DNA from: Eledone cirrhosa
Taxonomy: Eukaryota
NCBI GenBank assembly: GCA_964016885.1
Contig: OZ024765.1
Span: 1,178,001 to 1,242,000 of the forward strand
DNA length: 64,000 nt
Reading direction: 5' to 3'
The notes under the pieces are model-generated. The model made no database searches. It was given only the letters and a program-made list of their open reading frames with translations, and was not told where the DNA came from. Of this stretch, positions 48,501-61,400 are shown in pieces; within the stretch, counting starts at the first letter, position 1; every line of letters begins with the position of its first letter. The translations under genes were made by a program, and so were the position numbers.

Positions 48501-51500
48501 CATTTTAGTTATTTCTAATGACGTTTTAGCTGTTTGAGAGTCATTTTAGTCATTTATGATGCCGTTTTAGCCATTTTAGTCATTATAATGATGTTTTAGC
48601 TATTTTAGAGTCATTTGAGTCATTTATGATGCCGTTTGAGCCATTGTGGAGTCATTCTAGTCATTTATGATGCGTTTTAGCCTTTTTAGTCATTTATAAT
48701 GACGTTTTAGGTATTTAAGAGTCATTTTAGTTATTTATGATGCCGTTGTAGCCATTTTGGAGTCATTCTAGTCATTTATGATGCCGTTTTTAGTCATTTA
48801 TAATGACGTTTTAGCTATTTAAGAGTCATTTTATTCAATTATAATGACGTTTTAGCCACTTTAGAGTCATTTTACTCATTTATGATGCTATTTTAGCCAT
48901 TTTGGAGTCATTCTAGTCATTTATGATGCGTTTTAGCCATTTTAGTTATTTCTAATGACGTTTTAGCTATTTGAGAGTCATTTTAGTCATTTATGATGCT
49001 GTTTTAGCCATTTTAGTCGTTTATAATAACGTTTTAGCTATTTTAGAGTCATTTGAGTCATTTATGATGCCGTTTGAGCCATTTTGAAGTCATACTAGTC
49101 ATTTATGATGCCGTTTTAGCGTTTTTAGTCATTTATAATGACGTTTTAGCTATTTAAGAGTCATTTTAGTTATTATGATGCCGTTTTAGCCATTTTGGAG
49201 TCATTCTAGTCATTTATGATGCCGTTTTAGCCTTTTTAGTCATTCATAATGACGTTTTAGCTATTTAAGAGTCATTTTAGTTATTTATGATGCCGTTTTA
49301 GCCATTTTGGAGTCATTCTAGTCATTTATGATGCCGTTTTAGCGATTTTAGTCATTCATAATAACGTTTTAGCTATTTAAGAGTCATTTTATTCAATTAT
49401 AATGACGTTTTAGCCACTTTAGAGTCATTTTACTCATTTATGATGCTATTTTAGCCTTTTTGGAGTCATTCTAGTCATTATGATGCCGTTTTAGCCATTT
49501 TAGTTTGTTCCTAATGACGTTTTAGCTATTTGAGAGTCATTTTAGTCATTTATGATGCTGTTTTAGCCATTTTAGTCGTTTATAATGACGTTTTAGCTAT
49601 TTTAGAGTCATTTGAGTCATTTATGATGCCGTTTGAGCCATTTTGAAGTCATACTAGTCATTTATGATGCCGTTTTAGCCTTTTTAGTCATTTATAATGA
49701 CGTTTTAGCTATTAAGAGTCATTTAGTTATTTATGATGCCGTTTTAGCATTTTGGAGTCATTCTAGTCATTTATGATGCCGTTTTAGCCATTTTAGTCAT
49801 TTATAATGACGTTTTAGCTATTTAAGAGTCATTTTATTCAATTATAATGACGTTTTAGCCACTTTAGAGTCATTTTACTCATTTATGATGCTATTTTAGC
49901 CATTTTGGAGTCATTCTAGTCATTTATGATGCCGTTTTAGCCATTTTAGTTATTTCTAATGACATTTTAGCTATTTGAGAGTCATTTTAGTCATTTATGA
50001 TGCCGTTTTAGCCATTTTAGTCATTTATAATGACGTTTTAGCTATTTTAGAGTCATTTGAGTCATTTATGATGCCGTTTGAGCCATTTTGGAGTCATTCT
50101 AGTCATTTATGATGCCGTTTTAGCCTTTTTAGTCATTTATAATGACGTTTTAGCTATTTAAGAGTCATTTTAGTTATTTATGATGCCGTTTGAGCCATTT
50201 TGGAGTCATTCTAGTCATTTATGATGCTATTTTAGCCATTTTGGTGTCATTCTAGTCATTTATGATGCCGTTTTAGCCATTTTAGTTATTTCTAATGACA
50301 TTTTAGCTATTTGAGAGTCATTTTAGTCATTTATGATGCCGTTTTAGCCATTTTAGTCATTTATAATTACGTTTTAGCTATTTAGAGTCATTTGAGTCAT
50401 TTATGATGCCGTTTGAGCCATTTGGAGTCATTCTAGTCATTTATGATGCCGTTTTAGCCTTTTTAGTAATTTATAATGACGTTTTAGCTATTTAAGAGTC
50501 ATTTTAGTTATTTATGATGCCGTTTGAGCCATTTTGGAGTCATTCTAGTCATTCATGATGCCGTTTTAGCCATTTTGGAGTCATTCTAGTCATTTATGAT
50601 GCCGTTTTAGCCATTGTAGTCATTTATAATGACGTTTTTGCTATTTAAGAGTCATTTTATTCAATTATAATGACGTTTTAGTCACTTTAGAGTCATTTTA
50701 CTCATTTATGATGCTATTTTAGCCATTTTGGAGTCATTCTAGTCATTTATGATGCCGTTTTAGCCATTTTAGTTATTTCTAATGACGTTTTAGGCTATTT
50801 GAGAGTCATTTTAGTCATTTATGATGCCGTTTTAGCCATTTTAGTCATTTATAATGACGTTTAAGCTATTTTAGAGTCATTTGAGTCATTTATGATGCCG
50901 TTTGAGCCATTTTGGAGTCATTCTAGTCATTTTTGATGCCGTTTTAGCCATTTTGGAGTCATTCTAGTCATTTATGATGCCGTTTTAGCCATTTTAGTCA
51001 TTTATAATGACGTTTTAGCTATTTAAGAGTCATTTTATTCAAATATAATGACGTTTTAGCCACTTAGAGTCATTTTACTCATTTATGATGCCTTTTTAGC
51101 CATTTTGGAGTCATTCTAGTCATTTATGATGCCGTTTTAGCCATTTTAGTTATTTCTAATGACATTTTAGCTATTTGAGAGTCATTTTAGTCATTTATGA
51201 TGACGTTTTAGCCATTTTAGTCATTTATAATGACGTTTTAGCTATTTTAGAGTCATTTGAGTCATTTATGATGCGTTTGAGCCATTTTAGAGTCATTCTA
51301 GTCATTTATGATGCCGTTTTAGCCCATTTTAGTTATTCCTAATGACATTTTAGCTATTTGAGAGTCATTTTAGTCATTTATGATGCCGTTTTAGCCATTT
51401 TAGTCATTTATAATTACGTTTTAGCTATTTTAGAGTCATTTGAGTCATTTATGATGCCGTTTGGAGCCATTTGGGAGTCATTCTAGTCATTTATGATGCC

Positions 51501-54500
51501 GTTTTAGCCTTTTTAGTAATTTATAATGACGTTTTAGCTATTTAAGAGTCATTTTAGTTATTTATGATGCCGTTTGAGCCATTTTGGAGTCATCTAGTCA
51601 TTCATGATGCCGTTTTAGCCATTTTGGAGTCATTCTAGTCATTTATGATGCCGTTTTAGCCATTTTAGTCATTTATAATGACGTTTTAGCTATTTAAGAG
51701 TCATTTTATTCAATTATAATGACGTTTTAGTCACTTTAGAGTCATTTTACTCATTTATGATGCTATTTTAGCCATTTTGGAGTCATTCTAGTCATTTATG
51801 ATGCCGTTTTAGCCATTTTAGTTATTCTAATGACGTTTTAGCTATTTGAGAGTCATTTTAGTCATTTATGATGCCGTTTTAGCCATTTTAGTCATTTATA
51901 ATGACGTTTAAGCTATTTTAGAGTCATTTGAGTCATTTATGATGCCGTTTGAGCCATTTTGGAGTCATTCTAGTCATTTTTGATGCCGTTTTAGCCATTT
52001 TGGAGTCATTCTAGTCATTTATGATGCCGTTTTAGCCATTTTAGTCATTTATAATGACGTTTTAGCTATTTAAGAGTCATTTTATTCAATTATAATGACG
52101 TTTTAGCCACTTTAGAGTCATTTTACTCATTTATGATGCCTTTTTAGCCATTTTGGAGTCATTCTAGTCATTTATGATGCCGTTTTAGCCATTTTAGTTA
52201 TTTCTAATGACATTTTAGCTATTTGAGAGTCATTTTAGTCATTTATGATGCCGTTTTAGCCATTTTAGTCATTTATAATGACGTTTTAGCTATTTTAGAG
52301 TCATTTGAGTCATTTATGATGCCGTTTGAGCCATTTTAGAGTCATTCTAGTCATTTATGATGCCGTTTTAGCCTTTTTAGTCATTTATAATGACGTTTTA
52401 GCTATTTAATAGTCATTTTATTCAATTATAATGACGTTTTAACCACTTTAGAGTCATTTTAATCACTTGTGATGCTATTTTAGCCATTTTGGTGTCATTC
52501 TAGTCATTTATGATGCCGTTTTAGCCATTTTAATTATTCCTAATGACGTTTTAGCTATTTGAGAGTCATTTTAGTCATTTATGATGCCGTTTTAGCCATT
52601 TTAGTCATTTATAATTACGTTTTAGCTATTTTAGAGTCATTTGAGTCATTTATGATGCCGTTTGAGCCATTTTGGGGTCATTCTAGTCATTTATGATGCC
52701 GTTTTAGCTTTTTAGTCATTTATAATGACGTTTTAGCTATTTAAGAGTCATTTTAGTTATTTATGATGCCGTTTGAGCCATTTTGGAGTCATTCTAGTCA
52801 TTCATGATGCGTTTTAGCCATTTTGGAGTCATTCTTGTCATTTATGATGCCATTTTAGTCATTTATAATGACGTTTTAGCTATTTAAGACTCATTTTATT
52901 CAATTATAATGACGTTTTAGTCACTTTAGAGTCATTTTACTCATTTATGATGCTATTTTAGCCATTTTGAGTCATTCTAGTCATTTATGATGCCGGTTTT
53001 AGCCATTTTAGTTATTTCTAATGACGTTTTAGCTATTTGAGAGTCATTTTAGTCATTTATGATGCTGTTTTAGCCATTTTAGTCATTTATAATGACGTTT
53101 AAGCTATTATAGAGTCATTTGAGTCATTGATCATGCCGTTTGAGCCATTTTGGAGTCATTCTAGTCATTTATGATGCCGTTTTAGCCATTTTGGAGTCAT
53201 TCTAGTCATTTATGATGCCGTTTTAGCCATTTTAGTCATTTATAATGACGTTTTAGCTATTTAAGAGTCATTTTATTCAATTATAATGACGTTTTAGCCA
53301 CTTTAGAGTCATTTTACTCATTTATGATGCTATTTTAGCCATTTTGGAGTCATTCTAGTCATTTATGATGCCGTTTTAGCCATTTTAGTTATTTCTAATG
53401 ACATTTTAGCTATTTGAGAGTCATTTTAGTCATTAATGATGCCGTTTTAGCCATTTTAGTCATTTATAATGACGTTTTAGCTATTTTAGAGTCATTGAGT
53501 CATTTATGATGCCGTTTGAGCCATTTTAGAGTCATTCTAGTCATTTATGATGCCGTTTTAGCGTTTTTAGTCATTTATAATGACGTTTTAGCTATTTAAG
53601 AGTCATTTTAGTTATTTATGATGCCGTTTTAGCCATTTTGGAGTCATTCTAGTCATTTATGATGCCGTTTTAGCCATTTTAGTCATTTATAATGACGTTT
53701 TAGCTATTTAAGAGTCATTTTATTCAATTATAATGACGTTTTAGTCACTTTAGAGTCATTTTACTCATTTATGATGCTATTTTAGCCATTTTGAGTCATT
53801 CTAGTCATTTATGATGCCGTTTTAGCCATTTTAGTTATTTCTAATGACGTTTTAGCTATTTGAGAGTCATTTTAGTCATTTATGATGCCGTTTTAGCCAT
53901 TTTCGTCATTTATAATGACGTTTAAGCTATTTTAGAGTCATTTGAGTCATTTATGATGCCGTTTGAGCCATTTTGGAGTCATTCTAGTCATTTTTGATGC
54001 CGTTTTAGACATTTTGCAGTCATTCTAGTCATTTATGATGCCGTTTTAGCCATTTTAGTCATTTATAATGAAGTTTAGCTATTTAAGAGTCATTTTATTC
54101 AATTATAATGACGTTTTAGCAACTTTAGAGTCATTTTACTCCTTTATGATGCCGTTTAGCCATTTTAGTCATTTATAATTACGTTTTAGCTATTTTAGAG
54201 TCATTTGAGTCATTTATGATGCCGTTTGAGCCATTTTGGGTCATTCTAGTCATTTATGATGCCGTTTTAGCCTTTTTAGTCATTTATAATGACGTTTTAG
54301 CTATTTAAGAGTCATTTTAGTCATTTATGATGCCGTTTTGGCCATTTTAGTCATTTATGATGCGTTTGAGCCATTTTGGAGTCATTCTAGTTATTTTTGA
54401 TGCCGTTTTAGCCATTTTGGAGTCATTCTAGTCATTTATGATGCCGTTTTAGCCATTTTAGTCATTTATAATGACGTTTTAGCTATTTAAGAGTCATTTT

Positions 54501-57500
54501 ATTCAATTATAATGACGTTTTAGCCACTTTAGAGTCATTTACTCATTTATGATGCTATTTTAGCCATTTTGGAGTCATTCTAGTCATTTATGATGCCGTT
54601 TTAGCCATTTTAGTTATTTCTAATGACATTTTAGCTATTTGAGAGTCATTTTAGTCATTTATGATGCCGTTTTAGCCATTTTAGTCATTTATAATGACGT
54701 TTTAGCTATTTTAGAGTCATTTGAGTCATTTATGATGCGTTTGAGCTATTTTAGAGTCATTCTAGTCATTTATGATGCCGTTTTAGCCTTTTAGTCATTT
54801 ATAATGACGTTTTAGCTATTTAATAGTCATTTTATTCAATTATAATGACGTTTTAACCACTTTAGAGTCATTTTAATCACTTGTGATGCTATTTTAGCCA
54901 TTTTGGTGTCATTCTAGTCATTTATGATGCCGTTTTAGCCATTTTAATTATTCCTAATGACGTTTTAGCTATTTGAGAGTCATTTTAGTCATTTATGATG
55001 CCGTTTTAGCCATTTTAGTCATTTATAATTACGTTTTAGCTATTTTAGACTCATTTGAGTCATTTATGATGCCGTTTGAGCCATTTTGGGGTCATTCTAG
55101 TCATTTATGATGCCGTTTTAGCCATTTTAGTCATTTATAATGACGTTTTAGCTATTTTAGAGTCATTTGAGTCATTTATGATGCCGTTGAGCCATTTTAG
55201 AGTCATTCTAGTCATTTATGATGCCGTTTTAGCCTTTTTTATTCATTTATAATGACGTTTTAGCTATTTTAGAGTCATTTGAGTCATTATGATGCCGTTT
55301 GAGCCATTTTGGTGTCATTGTAGTCATTTTTTAGTTTCCGTTTTAGCCATTTTGGAGTCATTCTAGTCATTTTATGATGCCGTTTTAGCCATTTTAGTCA
55401 TTTATAATGACGTTTTAGCTATTTAAGAGTCATTTTATTCAAATATAATGACGTTTTAGCCACTTTAGAGTCATTTTACTCATTTATGATGCTATTTTAG
55501 CCATTTTGGAGTCATTCTAGTCATTTATGATGCCGTTTTAGCCATTTTAGTTATTTCTAATGACATTTTAGCTATTTGAGAGTCATTTTAGTCATTTATG
55601 ATGCCGTTTTAGCCATTTTAGTCATTTATAATGACGTTTTAGCTATTTTAGAGTCATTTGAGTCATTTATGATGCCGTTTGAGCCATTTAGAGTCATTCT
55701 AGTCATTCATGATGCCGTTTTAGCCTTTTTAGTCATTTATAATGACGTTTAGCTATTTAAGAGTCCATTTTAGTTATTTATGATGCCGTTTTAGCCATTT
55801 TGGAGTCATTCTAGTCATTTATGATGCCGTTTAGCCATTTTAGTCATTTATAATGACGTTTTTGCTATTTAAGAGTCATTTTATTCAATTATAATGACGT
55901 TTTAGTCACTTTAGAGTCATTTTACTCATTTATGATGCTATTTTAGCCATTTTGGAGTCATTCTAGTCATTTATGATGCCGTTTTAGCCATTTTAGTTAT
56001 TTCTAATGACGTTTTAGCTATTTGAGAGTCATTTTAGTCATTTATGATGCCGTTTTAGCCATTTTAGTCATTTATAATGACGTTTAAGCTATTTTAGAGT
56101 CATTTGAGTCATTTATGATGCCGTTTGAGCCATTTTGGAGTCATTCTAGTCATTTTATGATGCCGTTTTAGCCATTTTGGAGTCATTCTAGTCATTTATA
56201 ATGCCGTTTTAGCCATTTTAGTCATTTATAATGACGTTTTAGCTATTTAAGAGTCATTTTATTCAATTATAATGACGTTTTAGCCACTTTAGAGTCATTT
56301 TACTCATTTATGATGCTATTTTAGCCATTTTGGAGTCATTCTAGTCATTTATGATGCCGTTTTAGCCATTTTAGTTATTTCTAATGACATTTTAGCTATT
56401 TGAGAGTCATTTTAGTCATTTATGATGCCGTTATAGCCATTTTAGTCATTTTTAATGACGTTTTAGCTATTTTAGAGTCATTTGAGTCATTTATGATGCC
56501 GTTTGAGCCATTTTAGAGTCATTCTAGTCATTTATGATGCCGTTTTAGCCTTTTTAGTCATTTATAATGACGTTTTAGCTATTTAAGAGTCATTTTAGTT
56601 ATTTATGATGTCGTTTTAGCCATTTTGGAGTCATTCTAGTCATTTATGATGCCGTTTTAGCCATTTTAGTCATTTATAATGACGTTTTAGCTATTTAATA
56701 GTCATTTTATTCAATTATAATGACGTTTTAACCACTTTAGAGTCATTTTATCACTTATGATGCTATTTTAGCCATTTTGGTGTCATTCTAGTCATTTATG
56801 ATGCCGTTTTAGCCATTTTAGTTATTTCTAATGACATTTTAGCTATTTGAGAGTCATTTTAGTCATTTATGATGCCGTTTTAGCCATTTTAGTCATTTAT
56901 AATTACGTTTTAGCTATTTTAGAGTCATTTGAGTCATTTATGATGCCGTTTGAGCCATTTGGGAGTCATTCTAGTCATTTATGATGCCGTTTTAGCCTTT
57001 TTAGTAATTTATAATGACGTTTTAGCTATTTAAGAGTCATTTTAGTTATTTATGATGCCGTTTGAGCCATTTTGGAGTCATTCTAGTCATTCATGATGCC
57101 GTTTTAGCCATTTTGGAGTCATTCTAGTCATTTATGATGCCGTTTTAGCCATTGTAGTCATTTATAATGACGTTTTTGCTATTTAAGAGTCATTTTATTC
57201 AATTATAATGACGTTTTAGTCACTTTAGAGTCATTTTACTCATTTATGATGCTATTTTAGCCATTTTGGAGTCATTCTAGTCATTTATGATGCCGTTTTA
57301 GCCATTTTAGTTATTTCTAATGACGTTTTAGCTATTTGAGAGTCATTAGTCATTTATGATGCCGTTTTAGCCATTTTTAGTCATTTATAATGACGTTTAA
57401 GCTATTTTAGAGTCATTTGAGTCATTTATGATGCCGTTTGAGCCATTTTGGAGTCATTCTAGTCATTTTTGATGCCGTTTTAGCCATTTTGGAGTCATTC

Positions 57501-58212
57501 TAGTCATTTATGATGCCGTTTTAGGCATTTTAGTCATTTATAATGACGTTTTAGCTATTTAAGAGTCATTTTATTCAAATATAATGACGTTTTAGCCACT
57601 TTAGAGTCATTTTACTCATTTATGATGCCCTTTTTAGCCATTTTGGAGTCATTCTAGTCATTTATGATGCCGTTTTAGCCATTTTAGTTATTTCTAATGA
57701 CATTTTAGCTATTTGAGAGTCATTTTAGTCATTTATGATGTCGTTTAGCCATTTTAGTCATTTATAATGACGTTTTAGCTATTTTAGAGTCATTTGAGTC
57801 ATTTATGATGCCGTTTGAGCCATTTTAGAGTCATTCTAGTCATTTATGATGCCGTTTTAGCCATTTTAGTTATTCCTAATGACATTTTAGCTATTTGAGA
57901 GTCATTTTAGTCATTTATGATGCCGTTTTAGCCATTTTAGTCATTTATAATTACGTTTTAGCTATTTTAGAGTCATTTCAGTCATTTATGATGCCGTTTG
58001 AGCATTTGAGAGTCATTCTAGTCATTTATGATGCCGTTTTAGCCTTTTTAGTCATTTTATAATGACGTTTTAGCTATTTAATAGTCCATTTTATTCAATT
58101 ATAATGACGTTTTAACCACTTTAGAGTCATTTTAATCACTTGTGATGCTATTTTAGCCATTTTGGTGTCATTCTAGTCATTTATGATGCCGTTTTAGCCA
58201 TTTTAATTATTC
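39542..58212 (+). repeat. 18.7-kb satellite (satA) of 30- and 41-bp monomers
   Basis: GTCATTTATGATGCCGTTTTAGCCATTTT(GGAGTCATTCT)A and variants, continuous up to the gap. Confidence 0.97.
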
Positions 58213-58412
58213 NNNNNNNNNNNNNNNNNNNNNNNNNNNNNNNNNNNNNNNNNNNNNNNNNNNNNNNNNNNNNNNNNNNNNNNNNNNNNNNNNNNNNNNN
58301 NNNNNNNNNNNNNNNNNNNNNNNNNNNNNNNNNNNNNNNNNNNNNNNNNNNNNNNNNNNNNNNNNNNNNNNNNNNNNNNNNNNNNNNNNNNNNNNNNNNN
58401 NNNNNNNNNNNN
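58213..58412. other. Assembly gap (200 N)
   Basis: Run of N. Confidence 1.
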
Positions 58413-61400
58413 GCTTTTAAAGGACTGAAATTGATTAATTCTGAGGGTATTAGAAGATTATAATGCCATATTTAATACGGAAATGGCTCCTAAAGGACTA
58501 AAACTATTTAATTTGAATCGAATAGTAGTGTATACTGCAATATTTAATACAGAAATGGCTTCTACAAGACTGAAAACTCATTAATATGAGGGGTATTAGT
58601 AGTATATATGCCTTATTTAATACGGAAATTGCTTCTAAATGAAGAGAACTCTTTATTTCGATGGAAATAGTCGTGTATATGCAATATTTAATAGAGAAAT
58701 GGCTTCTACTGCACTAAAACTCCTTAATTTGATGGAAATAGTAGTGTATATGCAATATTTAATACAGAAATGGCTTCTACAGCACTAAAACTCATTAATA
58801 TGAGGGGTATTTATAGATTATATGCCATATTAATACATAAGTGGCTTATAAAGAACTAGAATTATTTAATTCGATGGAAATAGTCCTGTATATGCTATAT
58901 TTAATGGAGAAATGCCTTCTACAGGACTAAAACTCATTAATTTGAGGGGTATTAGTAGTGTATATGCAAAATGTAATACAGAAATGGCTTCTACAGGAGT
59001 GAAACTCATAAATATGATGGGTATTATTAGATTATATGCCATATTTAATACAGAAATGTCTTCTGAAGGACTAGAACTCATTAATTTGAATCAAATAGTA
59101 GTATATATGCAATATTTATTACAGTAATGCTTCTACAGGACTGAAACTGATTAATTCTGAGGGTATTAGAAGATTATATGCCATATTTAATACGGAAATG
59201 GCTCCTAAAGGACTAAAACTATTTAATTTGAATCGAATAGTAGTGTATATGCAATATTTAATACAGAAAATGGCTTCTACAAGACTGAAACTCATTAATA
59301 TGAGGGGTATTAGTAGTATATATGCCATATTAATACGGAAATGGCTTCTAAATGAAGAGAACTCTTTAATTCGATGGAAATCGTCGTTTATATGCAATAT
59401 TTTAATAGAGAAATGCTTCTACTACTGCACTAAAACTCATTAATTGATGGAAATAGTAGTGTATATGCAATATTTAATACAGAAATGGCTTCTACAGCAC
59501 TAAAACTCATTAATATGAGGGGTATTTATAGATTATATGCCATATATTAATACATAAATGGCTTATAAAGAACTAGAGTTATTTAATTTCATGAAAATAG
59601 TCCTGTATATGCTATATTTAATGGAGAAATGCCTTCTACAGGACTAAAACTCATTAATTTGAGGGGGTATTAGTAGTGTATATGCAAAATGTAATACAGA
59701 AATGGCTTCTACAGGAGTGAAACTCATAAATATGATGGGTATTATTAGATTATATGCCATATTTAATACAGAAATGTCTTCTGAAGGACTAGAACTCATT
59801 AATTTGAATCAAATATTAGTATATATGCAATATTTATTACAGTAATGGCTTTTAAAGGACTGAAATTGATTAATTCTGAGGGTATTAGAAGATTATATGC
59901 CCATATTTAATACGGAAATGGCTCCTAAAGGACTAAAACTATTTAATTTGAATCGAATAGTAGTGTATATGCAATATTTAATACAGAAATGGCTTCTACA
60001 AGACTGAAACTCATTAATATGAGGGGTATTAGTAGTATATATGCCATATTTAATACGGAAATTGCTTCTAAATGAAGAGAACTCTTTAATTCGATGGAAA
60101 TAGTCGTGTATATGCAATATTTAATAGAGAAATGGCTTCTACTGCACTAAAAACTCATTAATTTGATGGAAATAGTAGTGTATATGCAATATTTAATACA
60201 GAAATGGCTTCTACATGCACTAAAACTCATTAATATGAGGGGTATTTATAGATTATATGCCATATTTAATACATAAATGCTTATAAAGAACTAGAATATT
60301 TAATTCGATGGAAATAGTCCTGTATAAGCTATATTTAATGGAGAAATGCCTTCTACAGGACTAAAACTCATTAATTTGAGGGGTATTAGTAGTGTATATG
60401 CAAAAATGTAATACAGAAATGGCTTCTACAGGAGTGAAACTCATAATATGATGGGTATTATTAGATTATATGCCATATTTAATACAGAAATGTCTTCTGA
60501 AGGACTAGAACTCATTAATTTGAATCAAATAGTAGTATATATGCAATATTTATTACAGTAATGGCTTTTAAAGGACTGAAATTGATTAATTCTGAGGGTA
60601 TTAGAAGATTATATGCCATATTTAATACGGAAATGGCTCCTAAAGGACTAAAACTATTTAATTTGAATCGAATAGTAGTGTATATGCAATATTTAATACA
60701 GAAATGGCTTCTACAAGACTGAAACTCATTCATATGAGGGGTATTAGTAGTATATATGCCATATTTAATACGGAAATTGCTTCTAAATGAAGAGAACTCT
60801 TTAATTCGATGGAAATCGTCGTGTATATGCAATATTTAATAGAGAAATGGCTTCTACTGCACTAAAACACCTTAATTTGATGGAAATAGTAGTGTATATG
60901 CAATATTTAATACAGAAATGCTTCTACAGCACTAAAACTCATTAATATGAGGGGTATTTATAGATTATATGCCATATTTAATACATAAATGGCTTATAAA
61001 GAACTAGAATTATTTAATTCGATGGAAATAGTCCTGTATATGCTATATATTAATGGAGAAATGCCTTCTACAGGACTAAAACTCATTAATTTGAGGGGTA
61101 TTAGTAGTGTATATGCAAAATGTAATACAGAAATGGCTTCTACAGGAGTGAAACTCATTAATATGATGGGTATTATTCGATTATATGCCATATTTAAATA
61201 CAGAAATGTCTTCTGAAGGACTAGAACTCATTAATTTGAATCAAATAGTAGTATATATGCAATATTTATTACAGTAATGGCTTTTAAAGGACTGAAATTG
61301 ATTAATTCTGAGGGTATTAGAAGATTATATGCCATATTTAATACGGAAATGGCTCCTAAAGGACTAAAACTATTTAATTTGAATCGAATAGTAGTGTATA

